A stretch of 64,000 nt of DNA from Nitrosopumilus sp. (GCA_965218785.1 OZ244650.1:704001-768000); one strand, 5' to 3'. Counted from the first letter of the stretch, positions 20,098 through 34,799 are shown. Translations and numbers: made by a program. Notes: generated by a model not told the origin, from the letters alone.

Positions 20098-20394
20098 GTT
20101 TATTGTATAATGTCAAATCTATTATCTCTTTCTTTCGTATGTATTTTGTACTCCGGGAGGCATTTGTGTGACTGATGGTATTTTGCCTGTTTTACGATTT
20201 TAGTAGGATGTGACTTGCTTCTTTTAACACAAGGATCAGACCCTGTATTTGCTGGCCTTCAAACCTAACACTTGATATATCTACTTTTAATTATATTATG
20301 ACTGTCTTTTGATTATCACATTTTAGCTACAAGATATATCGCCTATACATAATTGAATTTTCAATTGTGTTTTTGATGATTTCCCTAATGTAAT

Positions 20395-20500
20395 AATGAT
20401 TTTTTTGTCCGTTTTTTTCATGCTTTTTTGTGATCGGCAGTCTAGAATAATCTGTGATTCTCCTTCGGATTCGGGGCGGACCTACTTTTCGTGCAATAGA
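20395..20500 (-). mobile_element. Second, shorter copy of the IS481-like left end
   Basis: Aligns with about 14415..14516 (tttttttcatg-ttttttgtgatcg...tcggat-cgggg...tacttttcgt); encodes only MKKTDKKII. Confidence 0.65.
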
Positions 20501-20552
20501 TAAACTCGACAAAATACAGTCTCTTATATTGATGAATGTCCTATGCTGTATT

Positions 20553-20880
20553 ATGACAGGCAATATGGATAAAACAGAAGACATCAAACTTCCAGGTATT
20601 TTGATACTTTGTGATGAAGAATCAAAAATATTTGAAGAATATGACAAGCGACCATTATCCAAAAAGGAACAAGATATTTTAGAGGATGCAGACAAGTTTT
20701 ATCAAGCTCAATGTGCTAAAACATGAATAATGCACTACTTGCAAATCCTACAGACATTACCATAAGAAGTATCTAGATGACGATGATTTTACCAAATTAG
20801 ATCTTACTGATGCAGATGGGTCTGATCCACTATTTGTTGACAAGTTCTTTCACACCAAGGCGATCACATCAAAATAACAG
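20553..20880 (+). pseudogene. Small acidic ORF (20553..20726) plus frameshifted partner; possible decayed GNAT-type toxin-antitoxin pair
   Basis: ATGA overlap at 20723; broken frame reads ITIRSI/..DDFTKLDLTDADGSDPLFVDKFFHTKA, reminiscent of GNAT toxin N-termini. Confidence 0.3.
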
Positions 20881-21227
20881 ATTATGTTCCATTTGGTTGG
20901 TTCTAATGATATTGGTAGGACGCTTTACATTGACCATGCATTCAATAATAAATAATAAACTGGAAGAAACATAGGTGATGAATTTGCTTGACAATGCAGA
21001 AAAATTCAGCGGTGGCAAAAACACTTCTAAAAGACACGAACCGGGTCTAATTCCATGTGTGGGGCATTTCCAAACCCAGTGATTCTGGCATAAAATGATG
21101 CCATGACTGGAAAAACGGACTACACTGCAAGGCTGATAACTGCCACAAATTTTCAATTCATAGAAAATTCCCGTTTTCCCCTCCCTGCCAAATATCTGTA
21201 AAGACATCAATAGAATTGATTTAATAG

Positions 21228-21959
21228 ATGGAAACGTGTATTTTGTTTAGTTTGACAAAGAACACCCGTAATGTAAAAGTCACAGTTCTCAGAAAAAACA
21301 TGGATGACATACAGGCCATGGGGATTGTCGAAACAAAGAAGCTCAAACCATTCAAATCCCTATTCTCAAGGCCAAAGCAAGACGAGGTCCACATTCACTC
21401 TCTGAAATTATACTATGAATGCATTTTGATGGTTTCAGGAAGATACGTGGCTGACTATTACAGAAAAGCAACCAATAGAATATCTGTTGATTATAACGTT
21501 CGTGATGTGGTGTTAGGCGATGGCCTCTTTCCAATACGCTCAAAGTCAGAGTTTGCAAAGAAATTTTCTAGAAGACGCGGTAAAAACAAGATCGACTTGA
21601 AACTAGAAGAACACGTATTTATCGAAGAAGAAGACGAGATGGTCTTTGACCAACACGGGCACAAGAGCAAGCCGTTCTTTAAGATAAACTCCAAGACCAT
21701 TGAGAACTATCCAAAAAAGATTCTTAAAAAAAACTCCCAGAACATCAGAAAATCCGAACTGACATATGATGCGGCGCTAGACCGACTTCAAACCATGCTA
21801 AAAAAGCCGTTGGAAACTGACGTCCGGGACTTGTCTGATGAATTTATTCTGCAGGGCATCACCGAGGTTTACGTGCCAGTCTTTGAGGCAAGACTGATTG
21901 GTCCAAAAAGAAAGGTCGGCATCATCCGAATAGACGCCGTCAGAAATAAGGTGTTATAA
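21228..21959 (+). CDS. Hypothetical protein (start may be 21300)
   Basis: 243-aa ORF ending VYVPVFEA...IRIDAV. Confidence 0.75.
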   Translation: METCILFSLTKNTRNVKVTVLRKNMDDIQAMGIVETKKLKPFKSLFSRPKQDEVHIHSLKLYYECILMVSGRYVADYYRKATNRISVDYNVRDVVLGDGLFPIRSKSEFAKKFSRRRGKNKIDLKLEEHVFIEEEDEMVFDQHGHKSKPFFKINSKTIENYPKKILKKNSQNIRKSELTYDAALDRLQTMLKKPLETDVRDLSDEFILQGITEVYVPVFEARLIGPKRKVGIIRIDAVRNKVL

Positions 21960-22778
21960 CTTTACTAGCGCCCTGAACCTGATATCATTGTGCATCTGGG
22001 TAAATGCCTTTTCTTCTTTTGCCCATGAACGAATGATTTTTGGGTTTTTTGAGACGGCACGTTTTAACAGATCCATCGCCTCAGAATACTGGCCCAATGC
22101 CGCCTTGCTTCGTGATTTTGCATAAATGACATTTACATTGTCCTTGATTTTTAAGAGAATCTCATCGAATATCTTGATTGCCTTTTCATGCTGTTCCAAC
22201 TCTGCCAATTGAACGCCTTTTTGAAAAAACGCATCCTGATGTTTTGGATATTTTTTGCATACCGTTTGAAAACAATTTAATGACTCTTCGTGTTTTTTCA
22301 TCTTGGCCAGCACTATTCCTTTGTAGAACAACGCATTTGGTTTTTTTGGATCCGTAGATATTGCCTTGTTTAACATTTCAATGGCCTGCAGATGTTCCCG
22401 TAATTTGTCAAGCAGCACCCCCTTGTTAAAATAAGCCGCGGCATACTTTGAATCTGATTCTATTGCCCTGTCATAGCATTCTGCGGCATCCTGTATATTG
22501 CCCATTTCTGCCAATGCGATCCCCTTGTTGTTGAAGGCCTTGGCGTCTTTTGGATTGATATCTAGCAGCCTGTCAAAACAGGTAACTGCATCGCTGTATT
22601 TTTTCATCTGATTGAGGGCCAGACCCTTGTTAAATATCGCCGTAGTATTTTTTGCATCCTGTTTTATGATCTTGTCAAATAATGACACTGCTTTTTTTGG
22701 CTTGCTCTTTTGTATCATGACCATTGCATCATACAGCAGATCCTCTGCCTTTTCATTACTAGAGCCAAACAATCCCAT
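21954..22778 (-). CDS. Tetratricopeptide repeat protein
   Basis: Repeated 34-aa units A.FNKG.AL.....Y..A..CFD. Confidence 0.93.
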   Translation of the reverse strand: MGLFGSSNEKAEDLLYDAMVMIQKSKPKKAVSLFDKIIKQDAKNTTAIFNKGLALNQMKKYSDAVTCFDRLLDINPKDAKAFNNKGIALAEMGNIQDAAECYDRAIESDSKYAAAYFNKGVLLDKLREHLQAIEMLNKAISTDPKKPNALFYKGIVLAKMKKHEESLNCFQTVCKKYPKHQDAFFQKGVQLAELEQHEKAIKIFDEILLKIKDNVNVIYAKSRSKAALGQYSEAMDLLKRAVSKNPKIIRSWAKEEKAFTQMHNDIRFRALVKL

Positions 22779-23051
22779 GATTTTTACAAAATGGCACTTT
22801 TAATGAAAGTTTGGTTCATCGCACAATTTCCTGACTGCTTTTCTGCCGTTATCTGTCTTTTGGTGTATCTGATGGATTATGCGCGCTTTTTATGCATGCG
22901 CCGAGCTTGTAAAAACGTGGTCTGGAATGCCTTGCCGTCTTTGCATAAGGTACAAATTCCTGAATACGCCATCTTTTAGTATAAATCAATTACCCATGAC
23001 TTGTGCGCAATCCGTTAAATGACATCTGCCTAGTATCGTTGTAAACGTAAA

Positions 23052-25280
23052 ATGAAACGCATCAAACCCGTCCTTACCATGATCTTTTTACTCGGGGTGG
23101 CCGTCATTTTAGCCTCAACTAGTAGTAGTACGGCATATGCCGCAGATGCCGATTCGTATAAGACAATACTGAGAAAAATTGACGCCCTGAGCCTGGGTAT
23201 GACAGACAGCCTCCAGGCAGACATGAGAGACAACTGGGATGCGGTATACTCAAAGCAGTATTCGGTAACTAACACCATGAATTCCATTGACCGACTCGGT
23301 GAGATTTATCAGCAAAAACAGTATCCTCAAATCACAGACTCGATAAGATCGCTTGGCGCATCAATAAGGAATGCCAACACCGTGGATCAGATTATGGAGT
23401 ACCGTGATGATATAGCAAAGCTGGAACAGTCAGTTGAGGTACTAAATAATTCAAATGACATGGAGCAGCTGTTGCTGCATGAGGATGTCTCGGATTTAAA
23501 GACATACCTGCATGGCATATGGACGCCGATACATGCAAACATCCATGAATCAAGAACAGCAGATGACGTCTTGTCATTTCAGACAGACGTTGAGGATATG
23601 GAGCGAACGATACGGTATACTTCAAGCATTTATGAAAACACGCACTCTCCGGTATTTACAATAATAGATCCCCACATAAAGTCAGTGTGGAACAGCTTTA
23701 GGCATGAGGTGCCTGATACCGAGTCCTTGGAGGATCTGGCAAAAGTCACGGCACAGTATTATCATAAGGTAGGCCAGATTGACGGCAAGATAATATCCCA
23801 ATGGGATGCAAAGATTACAGAACTTCAGGTGCATGCCGGACGGCAGGGAAACGCCAAGGATCTCATACTCGTAGAAAATAACATCAAAACACTGGACATG
23901 GTAAAGCACCTGGAAAAAAACGCGAATCCATTTGATGATACGCAGTCCAAAGCGATTCTGAAAAACATAAGCCAGAATTACATAAAGATCAAATCCGACC
24001 TTAAAGAATACGATCTGTATCTTGATGGAAAAAACCAGATGGCACAAAAGGTAACCCAGCTTCTGCACATGGCAAATGACAAATCCAACATGAATAAGAT
24101 GCCTGAATTTGAGTCAAAAATAAAAAACACGCTAAACAGCGTATCACACATCAAAAATGTCTTAAAAACAAACGACTTTAGATACGCGCAACAGCTGCTT
24201 GGTGCCCTGGAACAGCAGTGGCTCAACTTTGAACGATTTTATCCGGAGATACGAAGTTACACGCCCACCTACGAGCAGCAGGATCTCTCAACTGCACAGA
24301 AAAAACAGTTCTATCTCAAACAGATCTCGCAAATCAACTCGCTGGTAAAAAGCCTCAATCTCAACCAGACATCCGCAGACTATATGCAATACAAAAAATC
24401 ACTGCAGGAATCCAGGGCATCCATACTGTATGGAAATTTTCAGACAGGCCATGAAAAAATCTACAAGATCATTGATTTTGCAGGCCAGAAATTCCTGCCA
24501 CACGACCCCAGAATAATCATGGATGTCAGTTATGATGATTCAAACATGTTTACCGTTGCAGGCGCAGTATACAAGCACCATATGAATTCCCGAGACCCCG
24601 TGTCGTTTTATCTTTTTAATCATGATGGTCAAATCGCCAAATTTGATTCTAGAACCGCCCGATCCGGCGACTTTCAGATATTGTGGCGCGCTGACATACA
24701 GCCTGGATTATACATTGCAGAGATACAGCACGGGTCTGCCCGGGAATCACAAATCATCTCAATCTCAGACGGACATCATGAGATGGTCTTCAACCAGGAT
24801 GAAATTGCCATGATGGAGGTGGCAAACACGTTTGAAAATCTGGAGGGTTTTGTAGACAGATTTGAGAGTTCCGGTTCGGGGAGCATGGGAAAGATGCAAT
24901 TGGTCATAAATAAAATCAGAGGGGATCTTACATCTGGACAGCTTGATACGGCTGCAGTGTCCATTCATAAATTCAAAAACAACATAAAATTATACATGCC
25001 CATACAATCATCGACGATTAACATAGATGCGTCTCAAACAGACAGCACGGTGAGGGTCACTGGAAGTATTGCAAAGACTGTAGAATACCGTGAACGGATA
25101 TTTTTAACGGTTTTTGACCATGATGGAAAAAGGGTGTATGAGCAGATTACATATGATGACAAGTACGGCAACATCAATATTGAAATTCCAAAGCACGCTC
25201 TTGCGGGACTGACGGTAATACAGGTGGAATACCACGATTCACTGGCAAGGGACATTATTGAAATAAGTCGGAATCTGTGA
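23052..25280 (+). CDS. Large secreted protein, helical N-terminal region plus two helix-bundle/Ig-like modules
   Basis: Signal peptide (MKRIK-hydrophobic-AYA); internal duplication in the C-terminal half. Confidence 0.8.
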   Translation: MKRIKPVLTMIFLLGVAVILASTSSSTAYAADADSYKTILRKIDALSLGMTDSLQADMRDNWDAVYSKQYSVTNTMNSIDRLGEIYQQKQYPQITDSIRSLGASIRNANTVDQIMEYRDDIAKLEQSVEVLNNSNDMEQLLLHEDVSDLKTYLHGIWTPIHANIHESRTADDVLSFQTDVEDMERTIRYTSSIYENTHSPVFTIIDPHIKSVWNSFRHEVPDTESLEDLAKVTAQYYHKVGQIDGKIISQWDAKITELQVHAGRQGNAKDLILVENNIKTLDMVKHLEKNANPFDDTQSKAILKNISQNYIKIKSDLKEYDLYLDGKNQMAQKVTQLLHMANDKSNMNKMPEFESKIKNTLNSVSHIKNVLKTNDFRYAQQLLGALEQQWLNFERFYPEIRSYTPTYEQQDLSTAQKKQFYLKQISQINSLVKSLNLNQTSADYMQYKKSLQESRASILYGNFQTGHEKIYKIIDFAGQKFLPHDPRIIMDVSYDDSNMFTVAGAVYKHHMNSRDPVSFYLFNHDGQIAKFDSRTARSGDFQILWRADIQPGLYIAEIQHGSARESQIISISDGHHEMVFNQDEIAMMEVANTFENLEGFVDRFESSGSGSMGKMQLVINKIRGDLTSGQLDTAAVSIHKFKNNIKLYMPIQSSTINIDASQTDSTVRVTGSIAKTVEYRERIFLTVFDHDGKRVYEQITYDDKYGNINIEIPKHALAGLTVIQVEYHDSLARDIIEISRNL

Positions 25281-25541
25281 GACTGCTCAGATCAACATCA
25301 TTTGAAATTATCTGCCTTTGTTTCTTCAGATGGGATCAAAGATGCACAAACATTATTGATTTTTGTATTTTAACATACATGACGTGTTGGTGGAGCCGTT
25401 ATTTCTTTGATAACACCCCCAAAATAAATCAGAATCTGATGGCTCTGCCGGCATTAATTATGATACCTGCATCATACTGGCGTATTAAAGCCGTGATCAA
25501 AAAAGGACATTATACCGGTCATTGGAAAGACTTATGCTGGT

Positions 25542-25910
25542 ATGCCCCCGCCTGATTTTGAGATGCGATACCTGGCCAAGAAGGTGCACGTGCATAGGTG
25601 GCCTATGGAGTCTCTGCCCTGGGATGATTCCATAACTGGGAAGATAAACGAGTCAATTAACAAGAATCCTGCAAAAAAGGAGATCACAATCGAGGATAAA
25701 ACCATCCAAATTCAGGGCGTTGAGTTTGGCTCCCTTAAAAAAATCGGAATCTCCGTGCCTTTCTTCAAGGAAGAATGCACGCTGATCTTTGAGGCACAGT
25801 TCGGGGAAGGGTTCTTTGCACATGTCCACATCACCATCAAATCTGTAAATTTTCCTGATGTGTTTGAGCAGCTGATATCCTGGAAACGCAGGTCTTTTCC
25901 AGACGACTAG
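25542..25910 (+). CDS. Hypothetical protein
   Basis: 122-aa ORF converging with hemL. Confidence 0.7.
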   Translation: MPPPDFEMRYLAKKVHVHRWPMESLPWDDSITGKINESINKNPAKKEITIEDKTIQIQGVEFGSLKKIGISVPFFKEECTLIFEAQFGEGFFAHVHITIKSVNFPDVFEQLISWKRRSFPDD

Positions 25911-25911
25911 T

Positions 25912-27210
25912 CTAAATATTTTCTGATGCCGATGCCATCTTCCTGATGTCCTCCTTGGTGTGTGCGTATGAAACTGCGCCAAGCTTGCCTGGCAGGAAGA
26001 ATATGCCGTCATGGGCAATCATCTTAAAGTGGTATTTTGCAAGCATTGCAGAATCACACTTTGCAGCCTGTGCCGGATTTGTGATTTCAGTCATGCCGTT
26101 TTTTAGAAAATGGGTCATAAACAGCGAGCCCTTTCCAGTCACTGCGACTTTGCCATCAAATGCATTGCCTATCTCTTTTCTTGCAAAATCCCCCAGTGAA
26201 TTTATCCTCACATAAATCTCCTTTTTTGATTTTAAAAGATTCAGTGTTGCAAATCCTGATACCATTGAGGCCGGATTTGCAGAAAACGTACCCCCTCCGA
26301 TATAGGAGCGCTCTGATTTTTTCTTTGCAGTAGTGTCTGCATATTCCATGATCTCTTTTTTCCCACATATTACTCCGATTGCCATTCCCCCACCGACAAT
26401 CTTTCCCAGAGTTACAATATCAGGATCCAGCTTCATGGTGGGATAAAGACATCCATATCTGAATCTAAAGCCGGTAACTATCTCATCTAAAATAAACAGG
26501 GAACTGTTTTTGTGTACAAACTCCTGGATACCCCTGAGATATTCCCCGGTGGCCGGAATACATCCGCCTCCCCCCAGCACAGGCTCGATAATCACACCTG
26601 CCAGATTTTTTGCATGTCTTTTTAGAATTTTTATAGACTCTTCCAAATCATTGTATGGAATTGATATGATCTTCTCCTCGTTGATTATCCCGCTGCTCTC
26701 TGATTCTGAAAACGGCCAGTTCACACTCTTTAACAAATCCGAGGTGTATCCGTGCCATCCCCCGTCAATCTTTGCAATCACATTCCTGCCGGTAACTGAG
26801 CGGGCTAGTCTTACCGCATACATTGTGGCCTCTGTCCCTGATGTGACATAACGGATCTTCTCTGCAACCAGAACCGCCTTTGAAATCAGATCTGATAGTT
26901 TTATTGTCTGCTCATTTACCGTCCCGTACATCCAGCTTTTCTCGATCTGTTTTTTCAGGGACTCTTTGACATTTTTTGGACCGTGTCCCAGAATCAAAGA
27001 CCAGTGTCCCATCCAGTAATCGGCATACCTGTTGCCATCCACATCAACCAGGTTTTTTCCTGCAGATGATTTTACAACAAACGGATATGGATCATAAAAT
27101 CTTATATTGTGAGATACCCCATTGACATGAAGTTTTGAAGACCTTGCAAACATCCTTGCAGACATCCTTGTCTTTCTTTTGTACTCTGAAATGTAGTCCC
27201 TCAAAAGCAA
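25912..27210 (-). CDS. hemL: Glutamate-1-semialdehyde aminomutase-like class III aminotransferase
   Basis: [41 protein letters not shown]. Confidence 0.85.
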   Translation of the reverse strand: MLLRDYISEYKRKTRMSARMFARSSKLHVNGVSHNIRFYDPYPFVVKSSAGKNLVDVDGNRYADYWMGHWSLILGHGPKNVKESLKKQIEKSWMYGTVNEQTIKLSDLISKAVLVAEKIRYVTSGTEATMYAVRLARSVTGRNVIAKIDGGWHGYTSDLLKSVNWPFSESESSGIINEEKIISIPYNDLEESIKILKRHAKNLAGVIIEPVLGGGGCIPATGEYLRGIQEFVHKNSSLFILDEIVTGFRFRYGCLYPTMKLDPDIVTLGKIVGGGMAIGVICGKKEIMEYADTTAKKKSERSYIGGGTFSANPASMVSGFATLNLLKSKKEIYVRINSLGDFARKEIGNAFDGKVAVTGKGSLFMTHFLKNGMTEITNPAQAAKCDSAMLAKYHFKMIAHDGIFFLPGKLGAVSYAHTKEDIRKMASASENI

Positions 27211-27354
27211 TTTTCAAAATGGGATCTGCCATTTTAACTATCAAAATAACCATATCTGCGTGTTCTGAGCCATTTCCAGGATCCGGATAAATTCATAAAG
27301 ATAAAATGTGTAATTTTTTCAATTTTTTGAACCGATCAGGCGTGATTTCACGCA

Positions 27355-27368
27355 TGGTTTATATGGAT
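27355..27368 (+). promoter_or_regulatory. Probable TATA box of the rRNA operon
   Basis: TTTATAT about 215 bp upstream of 16S, followed by a structured leader. Confidence 0.55.
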
Positions 27369-27520
27369 TCTCTATTCTTTACCTTCTGCATACGTAACGC
27401 AATAGGCGGCGCTTGTGATGAAGTATGGCATTATGCCATTTTGTGATTCATGGGCCTCCAGTTACGCATACAAGAATGAGGATTTGATCAAGTGATCAAT
27501 ATCTGAAATGTGAAGATTAT

Positions 27521-29071
<1,551 letters not shown>

Positions 29072-29179
29072 TAGTCTTCACAATCATCGATGCAATGCAT
29101 CACGAAAGTGATGTATGAAGGATGTAGCAGGTCTCCGCCAGGGGACTTGCAATGATCGTCGTGCATAGTCGTGTAATAT

Positions 29180-32214
<3,035 letters not shown>

Positions 32215-32283
32215 TTGGAGTAAATATCCAGGCCGTGTCTATGCACGATGATCATATATTACACGACAAATTTTTTATTTTTA

Positions 32284-32428
32284 AAACATTGTTCCAAACA
32301 TTGTTTTAAACGACATTGTTCCAAACATTGTTTTAAACGACATTGTTCTAAACATTGTTTTAAACGACATTGTTCTAAACATTGTTCTAAACGACATTGT
32401 TCCAAACATTGTTCTAAACCACATTGCC
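32284..32428. repeat. Tandem array: 27-bp unit (12+15) x5, 11 ACATTG cores
   Basis: aaacattgttYY alternating with aaacgacattgttcY. Confidence 0.95.
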
Positions 32429-32429
32429 A

Positions 32430-32610
32430 AATTATTTGGAAAATACGGGATGCCTATCTGGAATCTATTCAGTCAAGAATCGTGCAACTCTTCAAGAGAT
32501 TTTTTACTTGATGATGTTTTTCTGTCTTTTGATTGATAGAACTCTCAATATCTTTGATTTCCCCATGAGTAAGATCTTCTGCCTGCCTTGTATCTGATAT
32601 GTGTCTCACA
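32430..32610 (-). pseudogene. Possible decayed antitoxin plus RelE/ParE-like toxin start
   Basis: Broken frames AEDLTHGEIKDIE/EFYQSKDRK/VKKSLEELHDS*, overlapping TTG-TE*IPDRHPVFSK*FGN. Confidence 0.3.
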
Positions 32611-32674
32611 ATGTTGCGCCACTACGAAATTTCAGCTGCTGAGTCTGGATCTCATGTTATCTAAAGTTATGATG

Positions 32675-33118
32675 TTAGGTGCAATTGACATCTTCAAGTT
32701 GGATGGTCCTGCCATTTTGTATCCAGGTGGATACAACCTCCACGCAGTAAGGAATCTCAACATGTGCATAAGGATAAACCAACGTAAATCCTGGATCACC
32801 TTTGGAATCAACCTCGACATGCGCTATTGGGGCATCGTCATACTCTGCATCAAACAAAAATACATCATATTTTATTGGCAGCTGGCTGTATATGGGCTCG
32901 CCGGTAACTTTCTTACTGACACAATCAGGATCGCGAGATATTACATCGATGAGCAGTTTTGTATGGCCTGCATCATCAACGTCTAAAAATTCAAGTGATA
33001 TTACGGGTGATGTCACTCCATAACAGCCTCCCTCTCCTCCATATGCAGCCTCCTTCTCGAATCCGAGTATCATGATAAATGCAAAAATTGCGACAATTGG
33101 AAAAATGATTTTCAACAA
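32675..33118 (-). CDS. Secreted hypothetical protein, probable Ig-like beta-sandwich
   Basis: Signal peptide ending AAYG; four Cys; beta-strand pattern. Confidence 0.7.
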   Translation of the reverse strand: MLKIIFPIVAIFAFIMILGFEKEAAYGGEGGCYGVTSPVISLEFLDVDDAGHTKLLIDVISRDPDCVSKKVTGEPIYSQLPIKYDVFLFDAEYDDAPIAHVEVDSKGDPGFTLVYPYAHVEIPYCVEVVSTWIQNGRTIQLEDVNCT

Positions 33119-33168
33119 TATTTGGATGTTGATAAGATATTATAATATTGTGTTCACTGCGGTGTAAT

Positions 33169-33205
33169 GGATGTTTTCGAGAATTTGAGGGATCAGAAAA
33201 CAGAT
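33169..33205 (+). repeat. 37-bp direct repeat, copy 1
   Basis: ggatgttttcgagaatttgagggatcagaaaacagat identical to 34763..34799; weaker similarity continues about 20 bp. Confidence 0.95.
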
Positions 33206-33331
33206 TGATATTTCTGGTTTTTACGAGACAAAAATCATGAATTTACTGATATCTATAGTTACAAGTAAATGTCTTTGAGATCATTTTTATCACACCAAAA
33301 ACTACAAGGATCACCTTTCTCCTAAAACAGC

Positions 33332-33740
33332 ATGAGATCAACCATACCTGAAGATTTCAGAAAAGCATACAAAAAAGAAATAGATCCAAAAATAAAGCCA
33401 AGAATGTTAGTGCACATGTATTATGTGTGCAACATGGCGTGCAGGAAATGACAGTATCTACTGCAATGTCCCAACCGGGTTTACCATGGTAGAACGCTTT
33501 GAAAAGGAAGGTCTTATGGCTCTTGAATCCCAAATGCAGAAGACCTGTAAAAATTCCACACAAAAACGGATCAGATAACACTCAAAACATTCATGGATGC
33601 ACCACGCCGGTGCAGCTGCAACAACTCTTGTTTGCAGACTGGGATTACACTCCACATACACATGTTAGAAAGATTATGCACAGTTACAACAACATGTCAC
33701 CAAAAAAACCAAATCCAATTCATGTAAATCGTTCAAACAA
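33332..33740 (+). mobile_element. IS630-family transposase remnant (multiple frameshifts)
   Basis: FRKAYKKEIDPKIKPRML / VERFEKEGLMAL / RRPVKI / TPVQLQQ...HVRKIMH..MSPKKP..HVNR, the HTH region of archaeal IS630-like transposases. Confidence 0.7.
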
Positions 33741-34047
33741 CATGCATATCCCACTGGACATACCGTCTAAAAAAGAAGATTCCACACCTAGAAAAGAAAG
33801 GATACCGTGTGTGTTGAAGACGAATCAATAACACCAATATGCCATTGTAACGGTATGTGATCTCATCAATGTGTATGTGATCACTCTTTTGAATCTTGGA
33901 TATGGTATCCTGTGTGTATGCTTCTAGTGTCTCTGCAACACGGTATACGGCGTTAATTGCTGTGGATTTACTAATGCGTATGCCAAACGTGTTTAATATG
34001 ATTTCAGATATAAAATCAAAAGGCACATTTGATGCGCGCAGATCCAT
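33733..34047 (-). mobile_element. IS66-family transposase internal fragment
   Basis: PFDFISEII..FGIRISKSTAIN...VAETL...IQKSDHIHIDEIT (HxDET-like motif). Confidence 0.75.
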
Positions 34048-34085
34048 GATCAGATCAACAACATTTTTCCGTATGATCTATTTGT

Positions 34086-34478
34086 TTACGGTGCTCTATA
34101 TCTCATTTTATGCATGAGTTTGCCTATGGTCCTAGAGACATCCTGTATTATTGCCAAGATTGTTTTTGGTTCCAGATTTGATTCATAAAAATTTGAATGC
34201 AACAAACTTGCCTTTGAAAACGAATCAAATATCTCCTTATCTTTCTGCTGTTTTGCAAGTTCTCTTACATATTCACCCAGTGCTCTATGACTTTTCAATG
34301 ATTTATTTTGTTTTGCGGCAATAGTTTTAATTACACATGACATCGCACCCCACATCATCTCACTGGCTTTATGATAATCCTTGATTTTCAGATATGTCTC
34401 TGCATTGTGACTATAATGTAACACCATGGATGCAAATTTATCTGCATCATTTTTGGCCTCGTCAATTTTTTCTGACAT
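34086..34478 (-). CDS. PaREP1 family (HEPN-like) protein
   Basis: AETYL..DYHKASEMMWGA...LKSH...ASLLHSNFYE. Confidence 0.85.
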   Translation of the reverse strand: MSEKIDEAKNDADKFASMVLHYSHNAETYLKIKDYHKASEMMWGAMSCVIKTIAAKQNKSLKSHRALGEYVRELAKQQKDKEIFDSFSKASLLHSNFYESNLEPKTILAIIQDVSRTIGKLMHKMRYRAP

Positions 34479-34689
34479 CTATGAATCCCAAAATCTTCCC
34501 AGAAACAGCGTCAACTTTGATCTCTTTAACCTCTTCATTGAGAAAACCCACATCACATATGATGATCCATGCGTTGTCTTCCGATGTAGTCGATATCAAA
34601 CGAAATGAATCACGATATTCTTCCAAAAATGCCTTGGCTTTTTCTATGGCCTCTTTTGCATCAATATTTTGTATCACGAAAATAATCAT
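34462..34689 (-). CDS. Small cytoplasmic PepSY-like protein (start may be GTG 34677)
   Basis: IDAKEAIEKAK...W.I....EIKVDAVSGKIL; no signal peptide; overlaps PaREP1 start by 17 bp. Confidence 0.65.
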   Translation of the reverse strand: MIIFVIQNIDAKEAIEKAKAFLEEYRDSFRLISTTSEDNAWIIICDVGFLNEEVKEIKVDAVSGKILGFIDVRKN

Positions 34690-34762
34690 TTGTAAATACT
34701 ATTTATTAATTTAGATATTCTGCTCTGGGTAATTCGTGGGTGTTTTCATGGCACTGTAATTA

Positions 34763-34799
34763 GGATGTTTTCGAGAATTTGAGGGATCAGAAAACAGAT
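34763..34799 (+). repeat. 37-bp direct repeat, copy 2
   Basis: Identical to 33169..33205. Confidence 0.95.

Noticed and set aside
20869-21210. 113-aa minus-strand ORF
   Set aside because: No recognisable motifs, atypical composition, in an eroded region.
32284-32428. CRISPR array
   Set aside because: Units are contiguous with no unique spacers and no cas genes are present.
32248-32511. 87-aa Cys/His-rich ORF as a metallothionein-like protein
   Set aside because: Starts inside the 23S processing stem and its C/H pattern derives wholly from the DNA repeat.
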